Shown here: piece by piece, positions 1 to 9,515 of the stretch
Layout of the letters: every line of letters starts with the position of its first letter
How positions within the stretch are numbered: position 1 is the stretch's first letter
NCBI GenBank assembly: GCA_049517415.1
Contig: JBEKSC010000002.1
Location: forward strand, 110,147 to 174,146
Direction of reading: 5' to 3'
DNA length: 64,000 bases
Source: Candidatus Bathyarchaeia archaeon
GTDB lineage: Archaea; Thermoproteota; Bathyarchaeia; 40CM-2-53-6
Notes under the pieces: generated by a model
Told to the model about the DNA's origin: nothing
What the model saw: only the letters and a program-made list of their open reading frames with translations
The model's database searches: none
Made by a program: the position numbers and the translations under genes

Positions 1-1552
1 TATCAAGGGTGGAAGAGAATGGGTAGAGGATGAAAAGAACATTAAACCGCGCCCAACAGTGCGCGCTTCCACGCCTATTCACAGCGCTTTCGGAGGAATC
101 GATCGCGGCTCCACTTTCTGCCTGAGACTGACGGGAGATTACATTCGACCAAGTAATCTAACTTGGTCAGGAGCCGAAACTTGTGATCAATGGGAGACGA
201 TTCTTAGGATCAAGACTCCTCTAGGCGGCACATATCTTGATCGACCGAAGACTGAGACTGTTTGCGTCCTGAAGGTCGTCAACACAGGTGGAACGTATCA
301 GGAGAAGACTGTCAAGAATTGTGAATACTATTACCCACACACTGTAGTCAGCACGTGTGTTGATTTGAGAGACATCATAAGAACTCAAACAGAACTTACC
401 GCGAAGGGAAAGAGCGTTACCAAACTGCCCGAACACTTTTACAAGCTTAATGGCATTTACTCGTTTTGGAGTAATGCCGATCTCGTCAGCGGAAAAGGTC
501 TCCCGCTTAATTTGAAGGACCCCGAGAAAGAACTGATCAAGAAATACGGCATTTCAGCGTACGGATTCTTCACATACACTGTTGACGTGTGGGACGAATT
601 CAACGACAATATCGTTAAACTGAGAAAAGGCATGAGAATCATGCGCGGCGGATTACAACTAGCAACGAACGGGATGCCACAAGGCGAATTGATTCTAATA
701 CCGCTCACTCGAAACATTGGATATCAACACAACTCGCATGTACTTGTCCACTTTGCTCTCGCTGAACCAGATCTTGGCAGAAAAGGGTTCCAACCTGAAC
801 TTGAAGAGTTGGCCGAAAGAATTGCGGTATCTATCGTTGAGCTTCTCCTAGACTGGAAATCCCATCTAAAGTCAACTACTGGCGTCACCCCCCAAATCAC
901 TCAAGACAAAGAGATTCACACTTGGAAATCCGAAATGGAACAACATGAGAAGACCTCGCCTCTGATAATCAATAGAAAAGACATCTTTCTCCCGACGAAT
1001 GAGGTTGCTCTCACAGCTACACCGATGGTCGAACAAGACGTTGTCTCGCTTTTCAATCAGCTTCTAGCGGGAGGTGTGATAAGAGGAATAAAGCTGATGT
1101 CAGCGAGCCAGCATAAGCAATACGATGGCCTGTGGAAGGGCTATATGAAGAAACCATTTGAGCATTACCTGTTTGATAAGGGAAAGAATCCCCTAGGTGT
1201 CGACCAAGCAACTCCGACCGAATTTGAGTCGCCCCCTTACGTCTTGGAGTACAAATACAACTTCGACGCTTTGCTCGAAGAGATCGAACAGGGCGAAAAA
1301 GATCCATCAGCAATCGGCCTAGTCGTCTGCTGGGAGATGGGAGACAGTTGGAAGAAGAAATACAGTGTCACACCGCTCCTTCACTTCTCGAATCTTCAGC
1401 ATAGGGACGTTCACGGAGTAACACATTTGATCCAAGATGCGGCGACAGGGAAGTACACTATTCGAGCAGTCATTTTGAAAGAACTCATTGAATTCCTCAA
1501 CGATCCTGACGGTGTGCAGGATTATCAGAAGCAGAAATACATGGAAGATTAA
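1..1552 (+). CDS. 5'-truncated protein with C-terminal restriction-endonuclease-like domain; probably a GHKL/MORC-type ATPase-nuclease
   Basis: Frame is open from base 2 (IKGGREWVEDEK...), so the gene starts before the window. C-terminal EQDVVSLF...YDG...LEYKY...LVVCWE resembles a PD-(D/E)XK-like nuclease. The ATPase N-terminus is inferred, not visible. Confidence 0.5.
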   Translation, partial: IKGGREWVEDEKNIKPRPTVRASTPIHSAFGGIDRGSTFCLRLTGDYIRPSNLTWSGAETCDQWETILRIKTPLGGTYLDRPKTETVCVLKVVNTGGTYQEKTVKNCEYYYPHTVVSTCVDLRDIIRTQTELTAKGKSVTKLPEHFYKLNGIYSFWSNADLVSGKGLPLNLKDPEKELIKKYGISAYGFFTYTVDVWDEFNDNIVKLRKGMRIMRGGLQLATNGMPQGELILIPLTRNIGYQHNSHVLVHFALAEPDLGRKGFQPELEELAERIAVSIVELLLDWKSHLKSTTGVTPQITQDKEIHTWKSEMEQHEKTSPLIINRKDIFLPTNEVALTATPMVEQDVVSLFNQLLAGGVIRGIKLMSASQHKQYDGLWKGYMKKPFEHYLFDKGKNPLGVDQATPTEFESPPYVLEYKYNFDALLEEIEQGEKDPSAIGLVVCWEMGDSWKKKYSVTPLLHFSNLQHRDVHGVTHLIQDAATGKYTIRAVILKELIEFLNDPDGVQDYQKQKYMED

Positions 1553-1821
1553 GTTCTAAAATCGTGCGTGCCTCTGAAGTGTTCGTCGCAGTAAAAAACC
1601 TCCGATATGTAGAGTTTCAGCCTAGCGACTTTTCGTTCGCAATCTCGGAAATCACAGAATTTCATGAATTAGAAAGGGGATTTGTAAGAAGAAAAATCTC
1701 GGGAGCTCGTAGGCTCCTTGCGCTACATATGCTAGCAGTAGCAAAATTGATTTAGTGATCTGATGAATTCTCTAGCTCACAGAGGATTACTAGATATTGC
1801 CATTGTAATGGGTGCGGACAT

Positions 1822-2787
1822 ATGAGAGCACTTGACCTTTTTTGTGGTGCAGGTGGTCTCTCTTTGGGATTCAAGAAGGCCAAGTTTGAAGTAACAGGCG
1901 TGGACGTAAATAATGCAGCCAAAGAGACATTCGAACTGAATAGGATTGGCAAGTTTATCACAGCGGACCTTTCAAGCGAAACAATCGATGGGGATTATGA
2001 CATAATATTAGGCGGACCACCGTGCAAACCTTGGGCAACAATTAACACAACACGAAGGGGCAGTTATCATCCGGATTACAAGCTCCTGACTCGGTTCTTT
2101 GATCATGTCATAGCTGCAAAGCCGCGCGCATTTCTGATGGAGAACGTCCCCACTCTGCGGAACCAACTGATCCTCAAGAGACAACTAGAAAGAGTCCGTG
2201 AAGTTGGGTACACATTTGTCAGTCAGTCAATAAGATATAGTGAATTCGGCGCACCAACGAGTAGACGTCGCCTAATGATTTTCGGAGCGAGAAAGGGAGA
2301 TAGGAAATGTAATGGCCAGATGAACAAAGCAGAACGTTTCTTCAAGAATCTTACGTCGCAGCAGACTGACCCAACAACTGTACGGAATGCGATCTGGTAC
2401 CTTCGCAACAAAGGCAAGAATGAAGCACCAGATCATCAATGGCCGGACCTGAAAACTATTGACAAATACCGTAAGTTTTATGAGACGGGTAAGTACGGCT
2501 GGTACATTCTCAAATGGAACGAACCCTCGCATTCATTTGGTAATGTTCTGAAGACATACGTTCTTCATCCTGATTCCTTCAACGGAGGAATTACGCGAGT
2601 AATTTCTGTAAGAGAAGCCTGGCGGCTGCTAGGATTCAACAAAGGTTTCAGATTGCCACAGAAAATAGGAATGGAAATGAAGTACCAACTGGCGGTCGAC
2701 GCAGTCAGTCCCTGTTTCTCTTGGCGGGCAGCAAGAGCTGCCAAGGAGGTGCTGAATCCAGATGACTCGAGGGATGACTTCAACTAA
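1822..2787 (+). CDS. DNA (cytosine-5) methyltransferase, DrmMII-like
   Basis: Motif I DLFCGAGG, motif IV GGPPC, motif VI ENV, motif VIII-like PTSRRR. Confidence 0.92.
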   Translation: MRALDLFCGAGGLSLGFKKAKFEVTGVDVNNAAKETFELNRIGKFITADLSSETIDGDYDIILGGPPCKPWATINTTRRGSYHPDYKLLTRFFDHVIAAKPRAFLMENVPTLRNQLILKRQLERVREVGYTFVSQSIRYSEFGAPTSRRRLMIFGARKGDRKCNGQMNKAERFFKNLTSQQTDPTTVRNAIWYLRNKGKNEAPDHQWPDLKTIDKYRKFYETGKYGWYILKWNEPSHSFGNVLKTYVLHPDSFNGGITRVISVREAWRLLGFNKGFRLPQKIGMEMKYQLAVDAVSPCFSWRAARAAKEVLNPDDSRDDFN

Positions 2788-3436
2788 GCGTGCTGAGTTT
2801 AGAGAAAAACTTCTGGTATGGTGGAAAGATAATAGGAGAAATTATCCATGGAGAGATACTCGGAACCCGTACAGAATACTCGTATCTGAGATTTTCCTGC
2901 ATCGCACGAGAGCAGATCAAGTAGCTCCTGTTTACACTGAGTTCATCAAAGAGTTTCCGACTGTTCAACATCTGTCGAAGGCAAGACAAGCCCAAGTGAC
3001 GAGAATACTTCGTCCTCTTGGGCTGATCTGGAGAAACAAACTCCTCAAACCACTGGCCAGGGAAATTGTTTCTTCTCACAATGGCAGGATTCCTTCCACA
3101 ACATCGCAGCTGGAATCACTGCCTGGAGTCAGCAAGTACATAGCGGCTGCCGTGAGTTGTTTTGCTTTCGGGAATGTGGAACCACTACTGGATACAAACA
3201 CCGTGAGAATTCTGGGAAGAATGTTCGGTTTAATCGTCAATGACGGCTCGAGAAGGAGCGACAAGTTCTCAGAAATTTATACGTCACTGATTAAAGTCGA
3301 CGAACCTCGATACTTCAATTATGCAATGGTCGATTTGGGTGCTCTCGTCTGCTCAGCGAGAGACCCCGCATGTCAAATTTGTCCGGTGAACGATATGTGC
3401 AATTACGGAATATCAAGGTTAGGTAGATCCAAGTGA
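2762..3436 (+). CDS. HhH-GPD Fe-S DNA glycosylase, Mig-like T:G mismatch glycosylase
   Basis: YPWRDTRNPYRILVSEIFLHRT, HhH LPGVSKY, LDTN, Fe-S motif CxxxxxxCxxCxxxxxC; overlaps the MTase gene. Confidence 0.8.
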   Translation: MTRGMTSTKRAEFREKLLVWWKDNRRNYPWRDTRNPYRILVSEIFLHRTRADQVAPVYTEFIKEFPTVQHLSKARQAQVTRILRPLGLIWRNKLLKPLAREIVSSHNGRIPSTTSQLESLPGVSKYIAAAVSCFAFGNVEPLLDTNTVRILGRMFGLIVNDGSRRSDKFSEIYTSLIKVDEPRYFNYAMVDLGALVCSARDPACQICPVNDMCNYGISRLGRSK

Positions 3437-6400
3437 GAGAGATATTCTTCACAGAGCTCGTTAGACAGGTCCTAGGCCCGAGCACTGGACCCACTGAATC
3501 AATGGACAAAGATCCACGCAACGAGTATGTGACAGGTATACTTGAGCCCAGGGATTACGACAGAGGACACTTGGAAAACTACGGCAACGCAGACATCGGC
3601 ATGTTCATCCCTGAAGAGGAACACGAGGAAGACGACTCTGATGTCGCAAATGATTTCGGCGGCATTCCGACGAACCTTGACCCCTACGCGTTTCCCAAGA
3701 GTATGGGTGTTTCATTTGTTGTGTGCTCCGAAAGCAAGCCGATGGTTGATTTCTGTGTAACTTGGGCGCGCTATAACAGAGAGAACAATCTTTGGCGAAG
3801 AAAACCCGACAAATTGATCGAGCATGGTTTCGATATTTCGCAAACAGAGCCCAAGCGATGGGTACCATCGTCCGGGGTCCAAGTCGTTCTACGCAGCAAG
3901 CAGCAAAGTAATAATGCATGGCACGTGTCTATTTTTATCATCAACACCACGAAAGTCAAAGAAAAATTCCTTGATACGTCCGAACTGATTTTTCAACCAC
4001 AGATTCGCGTCCATTTTCACGACGATGTGATGTCTCTACCCGTGGACAGAAGGCGATTCTCAGAGGACGAAGAAGGACAGCTGGAGCTGCTTTACGCCAA
4101 TTTGCAGTGCCTCGCCAGAGGACATATGTGTGGTGCTACATGGCGGCAGATCGACCCGGAGAGACCATTCGCAGGGAACGCTGGAGACTCCGCATTTCTC
4201 CCCGAAGACATAAAACAACTTCCACCAATAGAACGTACATTATTTGTCAATCCAGACGTTCGAAGCGAATTCCTGCCTTCATACACCGTTACACAAACAA
4301 CTATGGAGGCACAAGAGATCAGCGAATTGAAAAAGGATGCAGATGCGTCTCTGCTTTCTGAAATGTGGGATTTCACGCAACTGTCGAAACCCCTGAAGGC
4401 GATAGCGGATGAGTATGAGAGATGGATTGAGAAGCAGAAAACAACTGGTATCGGACTCGACAAGCCTTCGCGCAATATCGCAGAAACAAATCTCGTCAAA
4501 TGTGATACGTCACTGAAGCGCATGCGTGAAGGTATTGAGCTGCTGCAGAAAGATGATGTCAGACTAGCTTTCTGCTTCATGAACCAGGCCATGAATATCC
4601 AATCAAACTGGACTAGATCCCAGAATCTGATTTGGAGGCCGTTTCAGCTTGCATTTATTCTGCAATGCATTCCGAGCCTCGAATCGAAAACTCACCGCGA
4701 TAGAAGAGTCTGCGATCTCCTGTGGTATCCTACAGGAGGGGGGAAAACCGAGGCATATCTGGGCCTGATGATCTTCACACTCGCGCTTCGCAGGATCAGA
4801 AACACCCAGAGCCCACTCGCAGGAGGTGGAACTGCGATCTTCTCTAGGTATACTCTGAGACTTCTCACGATTCAACAGTTCAGGCGAACGCTTGCCGTGA
4901 TAACCGCGTGTGAATATTTGAGAACGCTCAACTGGAAGCCGTCCGGAACGATGTCTGAACAGAAGAACCTCTGGGGTGGACAGAGGTTTTCAGTCGGCCT
5001 CTGGGTTGGAGCTAATGTCACACCCAACAACATCGTGGACAGAAGTGGCTGGGATAACCGATTGAACCTCAACAGGAGGTATATCGGAGCGGTTGGTATT
5101 CTCAAGTACGCGCACAAAAAGGCGGGAGGACCGAGCGAGCAAATAATCTATCAGGGTGAAGAACCTGCTCAGGCTCTCAAGTGTCCAAGTTGCGCGACAG
5201 TTCTCGCAGTGCCATCAATCGGCCTTACCGGAAAGGAGCACGAAATATACTGGGTAATCCGGGCCAGCTCGAAACCACCAGAAGATTCGGCTGCTCTTAG
5301 CTACAAGCAGTTCAGCGTCAAACAGGTAACGGTGAGAAATCTCCCTCAACCAGGATTCTTTGTCCTACACGTCAAGTTTTCCATATCTTCCAACAGGCTG
5401 GTAGATGACAGTCTCAATGAATGGAGATTCCATGTCGAGAAGACACTGCAGTGCAAGTTTGAGTGCTCAGTTGCCAGCAGACCAGGATATTTCATTCGAC
5501 CCGCGCCGGACGTTTACAAACGCCCTGTCGATTTCGAGATACGCTGCCCGAATCCAGATTGCAAGCTCAATTCAGTGAATTGGCAGGAGATGGTTCCATC
5601 TGCTGCTGGTACGGCGTTCTGCGTCCCACTTGAGCCTTTCGCAATCCCCGGGAACGGAAATGCTTCGCACGGGATACCCATTCCTGCCTATACAGTGGAC
5701 GCTCAGATCTACGCCCGATGCCCTTCCATAATCATAGCTACGGTAGACAAGTTCGCCAGACTGCCCTTCGAGCCACGCGCTTCTTCTCTCTTTGGCAATG
5801 TTAACAAATACGATTCGCTGTGGGGATATAACAGAGACGTGTCACCTCCTGATACGGGAAAAGCGAAACCCGGGAAATCAGTTCCTGTTGGCCGGTTCGA
5901 CCCTCCTGAACTCATCGTACAGGATGAACTTCACCTCATTGAGGGACCTCTCGGCAGCATGGTTGGGCTATATGAGACCGCTGTCGACACTCTGGCAACG
6001 AGTTGGAAAGACGGGGCACCTGTCATTCCAAAGTACATAGCATCCACAGCAACAACAAAACAGGCACTCACTCAGATTATGTCATTGTTCAACAGGGGAT
6101 TGCATCAGTTTCCTCCTGCTGGTCTAAACGCACTGGACAACTTTTTCGCAAGTGGTGAGGAAGGGCACCCACTTGATGATAAGGCAGGAAGGCTCTACGT
6201 CGGAGTTTGCTGTCCCGGAAAAGGGCCACAGACTCCTACTGTCAGAATCTGGTCCAGTTTGTTGCAGGGAGCAGAACGAATCAAGAAATCGCCGGGTGAT
6301 TTATCCGAACTTCAGCATTACTGGACAGTTGTTGGATACTTCAACGCTATCCGTGAACTCGCTGCTGCAAGAGCGCTGTACAGGCAAGACATTCCCGACT

Positions 6401-7254
6401 GGATAAAACAAATGGACGGTGCGGCAAATGCACGCTCAATCGATGATACGAACATGCTAGAGCTTCACAGCAATGTTGGATCAGCAGAGGTCTCCGCGGT
6501 GCTTGAAAGATTAGAAAAGGAAGCGACGATTGATGCTGTCATGGCAACTTCGATGTTCGGCACTGGCGTGGACATCGACAGGCTTTCGTTGATGATTGTG
6601 CATGGTCAACCAAAGACAACTGCGAGCTACATTCAGGCCACAGGGCGTGTAGGAAGAAAAAAAGCCGGCCTTGTTGTCACGTTTCTGAGGTCAACTCGCC
6701 CACGGGACCTTGACCACTACGAGTTTTTCACAGGCTACCATCGTGCTCTTCACAAGTACGTCGAGCCCGTTACAGTCGCACCATTCTCCACGCGAGCGTG
6801 TGATCGAGCGCTCGGTCCAGTAGCCGTCGCAATACTTCGCAATGGAATATTGGTTGAGACAGTAGGCATCGATCCATCGTGGGCGCCAGAAAGCGAATAC
6901 TGGAAGAAGGCTACGAGTCAAAGTGGTTCCAGATTGATGAGAACCAACAAAAACGCGCCGGAGCTTCACATTATTGCCGGGAATTTCGATACTCGCGCGG
7001 AGAACCAGCCAGGGAGCAGGAAAAGGGCAAAGAACGCTACTAAGAATGATATTGAGTCTTTCTATGAAAAATGGGAGAATGTGGCGAAGATGGAGCCGAA
7101 CCTGTTGTACTCTGAACCCTCTTTCAATTATGTACCCGACAATGCTGTGGTTCTCGGAGATGAGCAGCACCTGCAACACAAGAAGCGCGTTGTAGCCGAG
7201 AACACCCCGCAGTCAATGCGAGAGATGGAGTCAACAACGAGGTTCAGTGGTTAG
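3433..7254 (+). CDS. drmA: DISARM helicase DrmA
   Basis: PTGGGKTEAY, RYTLRLLTIQQFRR, QDELHLIEGPLGSMVGLYE, ATSMFGTGVDIDRL, YIQATGRVGR; directly followed by a DUF1998 gene. Confidence 0.9.
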   Translation: MREIFFTELVRQVLGPSTGPTESMDKDPRNEYVTGILEPRDYDRGHLENYGNADIGMFIPEEEHEEDDSDVANDFGGIPTNLDPYAFPKSMGVSFVVCSESKPMVDFCVTWARYNRENNLWRRKPDKLIEHGFDISQTEPKRWVPSSGVQVVLRSKQQSNNAWHVSIFIINTTKVKEKFLDTSELIFQPQIRVHFHDDVMSLPVDRRRFSEDEEGQLELLYANLQCLARGHMCGATWRQIDPERPFAGNAGDSAFLPEDIKQLPPIERTLFVNPDVRSEFLPSYTVTQTTMEAQEISELKKDADASLLSEMWDFTQLSKPLKAIADEYERWIEKQKTTGIGLDKPSRNIAETNLVKCDTSLKRMREGIELLQKDDVRLAFCFMNQAMNIQSNWTRSQNLIWRPFQLAFILQCIPSLESKTHRDRRVCDLLWYPTGGGKTEAYLGLMIFTLALRRIRNTQSPLAGGGTAIFSRYTLRLLTIQQFRRTLAVITACEYLRTLNWKPSGTMSEQKNLWGGQRFSVGLWVGANVTPNNIVDRSGWDNRLNLNRRYIGAVGILKYAHKKAGGPSEQIIYQGEEPAQALKCPSCATVLAVPSIGLTGKEHEIYWVIRASSKPPEDSAALSYKQFSVKQVTVRNLPQPGFFVLHVKFSISSNRLVDDSLNEWRFHVEKTLQCKFECSVASRPGYFIRPAPDVYKRPVDFEIRCPNPDCKLNSVNWQEMVPSAAGTAFCVPLEPFAIPGNGNASHGIPIPAYTVDAQIYARCPSIIIATVDKFARLPFEPRASSLFGNVNKYDSLWGYNRDVSPPDTGKAKPGKSVPVGRFDPPELIVQDELHLIEGPLGSMVGLYETAVDTLATSWKDGAPVIPKYIASTATTKQALTQIMSLFNRGLHQFPPAGLNALDNFFASGEEGHPLDDKAGRLYVGVCCPGKGPQTPTVRIWSSLLQGAERIKKSPGDLSELQHYWTVVGYFNAIRELAAARALYRQDIPDWIKQMDGAANARSIDDTNMLELHSNVGSAEVSAVLERLEKEATIDAVMATSMFGTGVDIDRLSLMIVHGQPKTTASYIQATGRVGRKKAGLVVTFLRSTRPRDLDHYEFFTGYHRALHKYVEPVTVAPFSTRACDRALGPVAVAILRNGILVETVGIDPSWAPESEYWKKATSQSGSRLMRTNKNAPELHIIAGNFDTRAENQPGSRKRAKNATKNDIESFYEKWENVAKMEPNLLYSEPSFNYVPDNAVVLGDEQHLQHKKRVVAENTPQSMREMESTTRFSG

Positions 7255-7256
7255 AT

Positions 7257-8987
7257 ATGCCAGGACAGGCTCTCAGGCCATCGCAGTTCATCTACACTTT
7301 TGGAGTTGGCAGCATAATTGAAGCTCCAGGAGGCCCGAGGCTTGTCCCTGCTTTTGAGAAATGGGGGAGAGTGTTTGGTCCAGGTAGAACTCCTCCCGTT
7401 TCCATGTTTGCTATTCCAGATAGCACAAGTTCTTCACTCATTGATGACGGCCTGATCTTTCGGATTCCCACTAACGTCGATCTGAACGAGCCAGAGAATG
7501 TGCAGGTCTTCTTTACAGAGCGTTTTCCGGAGTGGGCACTCTGCGTCCCCCACGGGTACCTCTTTCAACTTCCTAAGGATGACAGAACAAGGTGCCCCGA
7601 CTGCCTGAACTCTGGTTCAACAAAATCTGCGCGACCGAAAGCAATTCGCTTCGTCAGGGCATGCCCGGAGGGTCATCTCGACGATGTGGACTGGTACGGA
7701 ATCATCCATTCGTTTGGGAAAAGTTGCAACAGTACGGTTTATCGCTGGAATTCGGAGGGTGGGTCATTGCGAGATGTCGAGATTTCCTGTACATGCGGCG
7801 CAAGAAAGACCCTGCAGGATATTTACAGGGAAACAAAGCACTGCACTGGCCGATTTCCGGAAAGTGGTACAGCTTTTTCAAGCTGTTCGAAGGAAGCAAA
7901 GGTCACACTGCGGGGTTCTTCGAGCCTTCGGATTCCCGAAGTCTTCACAACCATCACAATCCCTCAGTTCGCATCACGACTTCATAGAATTCTAGATAGC
8001 TATCAAATGAGAACAATACTCGCAACACGAAAGGCCTGGACCAAAGCAGATTTGGTTGACGCACTGAAGAATATGTCTGAGCTCGATCCGAATCTTTTCG
8101 ACCCAAGAACTATTGACGAAGTGAACACACAGACTGAGGAACGATTACTCAAGAGTATTGATGACCTGAGGCGGTTTGCACTTAACAGGCCAACAACACT
8201 TTCAGCAGTACGCGAGATGGAATTCAACGCTCTTCAAGATGCTGCGGAGAACGGCCATCCTCCTGATCCAACTTCCGAGAGCCCAGAATTCCAAGTGAAC
8301 AAGTTCAAAGTAAGGAAAGACGTTCCGTTCTCGTCTCACAACTACAGAATCGCGCCGGTGGAGAGGCTCCGAGTTGTAACCGTTCAAAGAGGCTACAGGA
8401 GACTCGGAACAAACCCAGATTCCAACAAGCTGGTAAAAACCTTCTACTTTGATGGAAACAGGAAGTGGTTTCCTGGACTGGAGCAAATTGGCGAAGGGAT
8501 ATTCATTGACTTCGGAAAGAACAAACCGAAATTGACCTCTGAGGAGTGGAACAACGAGTATCAAAATCGCATGGACCTGCAGTTCCATCCTGTTTTTGTT
8601 TGGTGGCATTCGCTTTCACACAGGATCATTACGGCACTCTCAATTGATTCTGGTTACTCATCTGCTGCGATAAGAGAGAGTGTCTACACAATGAAAGACC
8701 CCCGGACAGGAGACGTTTCTGGAGGCGTCCTATTCTATACCACTCAGACAGGCACTGACGGGAGTCTGGGCGGGCTCATTTCACTTGTTCCCGAGTTCGA
8801 GACTGTTCTTTCAGCCGCCATGCGAAATTTGGATGTCTGCTCAAATGATCCACTGTGCAGCGAGATGTCAGTCAAAACCCGTGGCATCAACGGCGCTGCA
8901 TGTTACGCATGCCTCCTGCTGTCAGAGACATCCTGCTCGAACAGGAATATGTTTCTGGACAGAAATCTGTTGAGAGGAAATATCTAA
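7257..8987 (+). CDS. drmB: DISARM DrmB (DUF1998 domain)
   Basis: N-terminal RPSQFIYTFGVGS, CPEGHLDD, HSLSHRII...GYSSAAIRE, GTDGSLGGL, CSNDPLC...AACYACLLLSETSC. Confidence 0.92.
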   Translation: MPGQALRPSQFIYTFGVGSIIEAPGGPRLVPAFEKWGRVFGPGRTPPVSMFAIPDSTSSSLIDDGLIFRIPTNVDLNEPENVQVFFTERFPEWALCVPHGYLFQLPKDDRTRCPDCLNSGSTKSARPKAIRFVRACPEGHLDDVDWYGIIHSFGKSCNSTVYRWNSEGGSLRDVEISCTCGARKTLQDIYRETKHCTGRFPESGTAFSSCSKEAKVTLRGSSSLRIPEVFTTITIPQFASRLHRILDSYQMRTILATRKAWTKADLVDALKNMSELDPNLFDPRTIDEVNTQTEERLLKSIDDLRRFALNRPTTLSAVREMEFNALQDAAENGHPPDPTSESPEFQVNKFKVRKDVPFSSHNYRIAPVERLRVVTVQRGYRRLGTNPDSNKLVKTFYFDGNRKWFPGLEQIGEGIFIDFGKNKPKLTSEEWNNEYQNRMDLQFHPVFVWWHSLSHRIITALSIDSGYSSAAIRESVYTMKDPRTGDVSGGVLFYTTQTGTDGSLGGLISLVPEFETVLSAAMRNLDVCSNDPLCSEMSVKTRGINGAACYACLLLSETSCSNRNMFLDRNLLRGNI

Positions 8988-9511
8988 TGTCTACCGAAGA
9001 TCTGGGCCCCGAGGTCGCGGTTACAGGAGACTTCTGGCTTGGCAGAGGTCTCAGGTCAATCTGGACACTTGTTAGAGACTGCATTTCCAAGGCCGAAAGT
9101 GAAATTCAGATCGCAGCGTATGCAATAGGAGAGAATTCCGACGAGTATGAATTCTTCGAATTGCTGAGAGGTGTGCTAGCGCGAGGAATTCGAGTACTGA
9201 TGATTGTAAATAGGTTTTCCAATCAGCGTGGTTCTGTTCGAGATGCTCTTCTCGAACTTGCAGGGAAATATCCCAGTTTTGCGCTCAAAAGTTTCAACCC
9301 ACGGGACAAAAGAGAAGACCTCCACGCCAAGCTTATTGTGGTAGATCACACGATCGCTCTTGTCGGTTCGGCCAATCTGTCGTTCAAAGGAATGGTCGCG
9401 AATCATGAAGTAATGGTAAAGCTGTCTGGGAAGACTGCTTATTCTGTCGGTGAACTTCTTGACAGATTATCTGCGAATTCTGAGACCATCCAAGAAGCCA
9501 TAGGCAGGTGA
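8987..9511 (+). CDS. drmC: DISARM DrmC, phospholipase D-family nuclease
   Basis: HKD motif LHAKLIVVD...GSANLS...NHE; the ATG at 8987 overlaps the drmB stop (TAATG). Confidence 0.85.
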   Translation: MSTEDLGPEVAVTGDFWLGRGLRSIWTLVRDCISKAESEIQIAAYAIGENSDEYEFFELLRGVLARGIRVLMIVNRFSNQRGSVRDALLELAGKYPSFALKSFNPRDKREDLHAKLIVVDHTIALVGSANLSFKGMVANHEVMVKLSGKTAYSVGELLDRLSANSETIQEAIGR

Positions 9512-9515
9512 CGCG

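Noticed and set aside
8855..8986. N-terminal extension of DrmC
   Set aside because: Overlaps the conserved drmB C-terminus; the coupled ATG at 8987 is more plausible.
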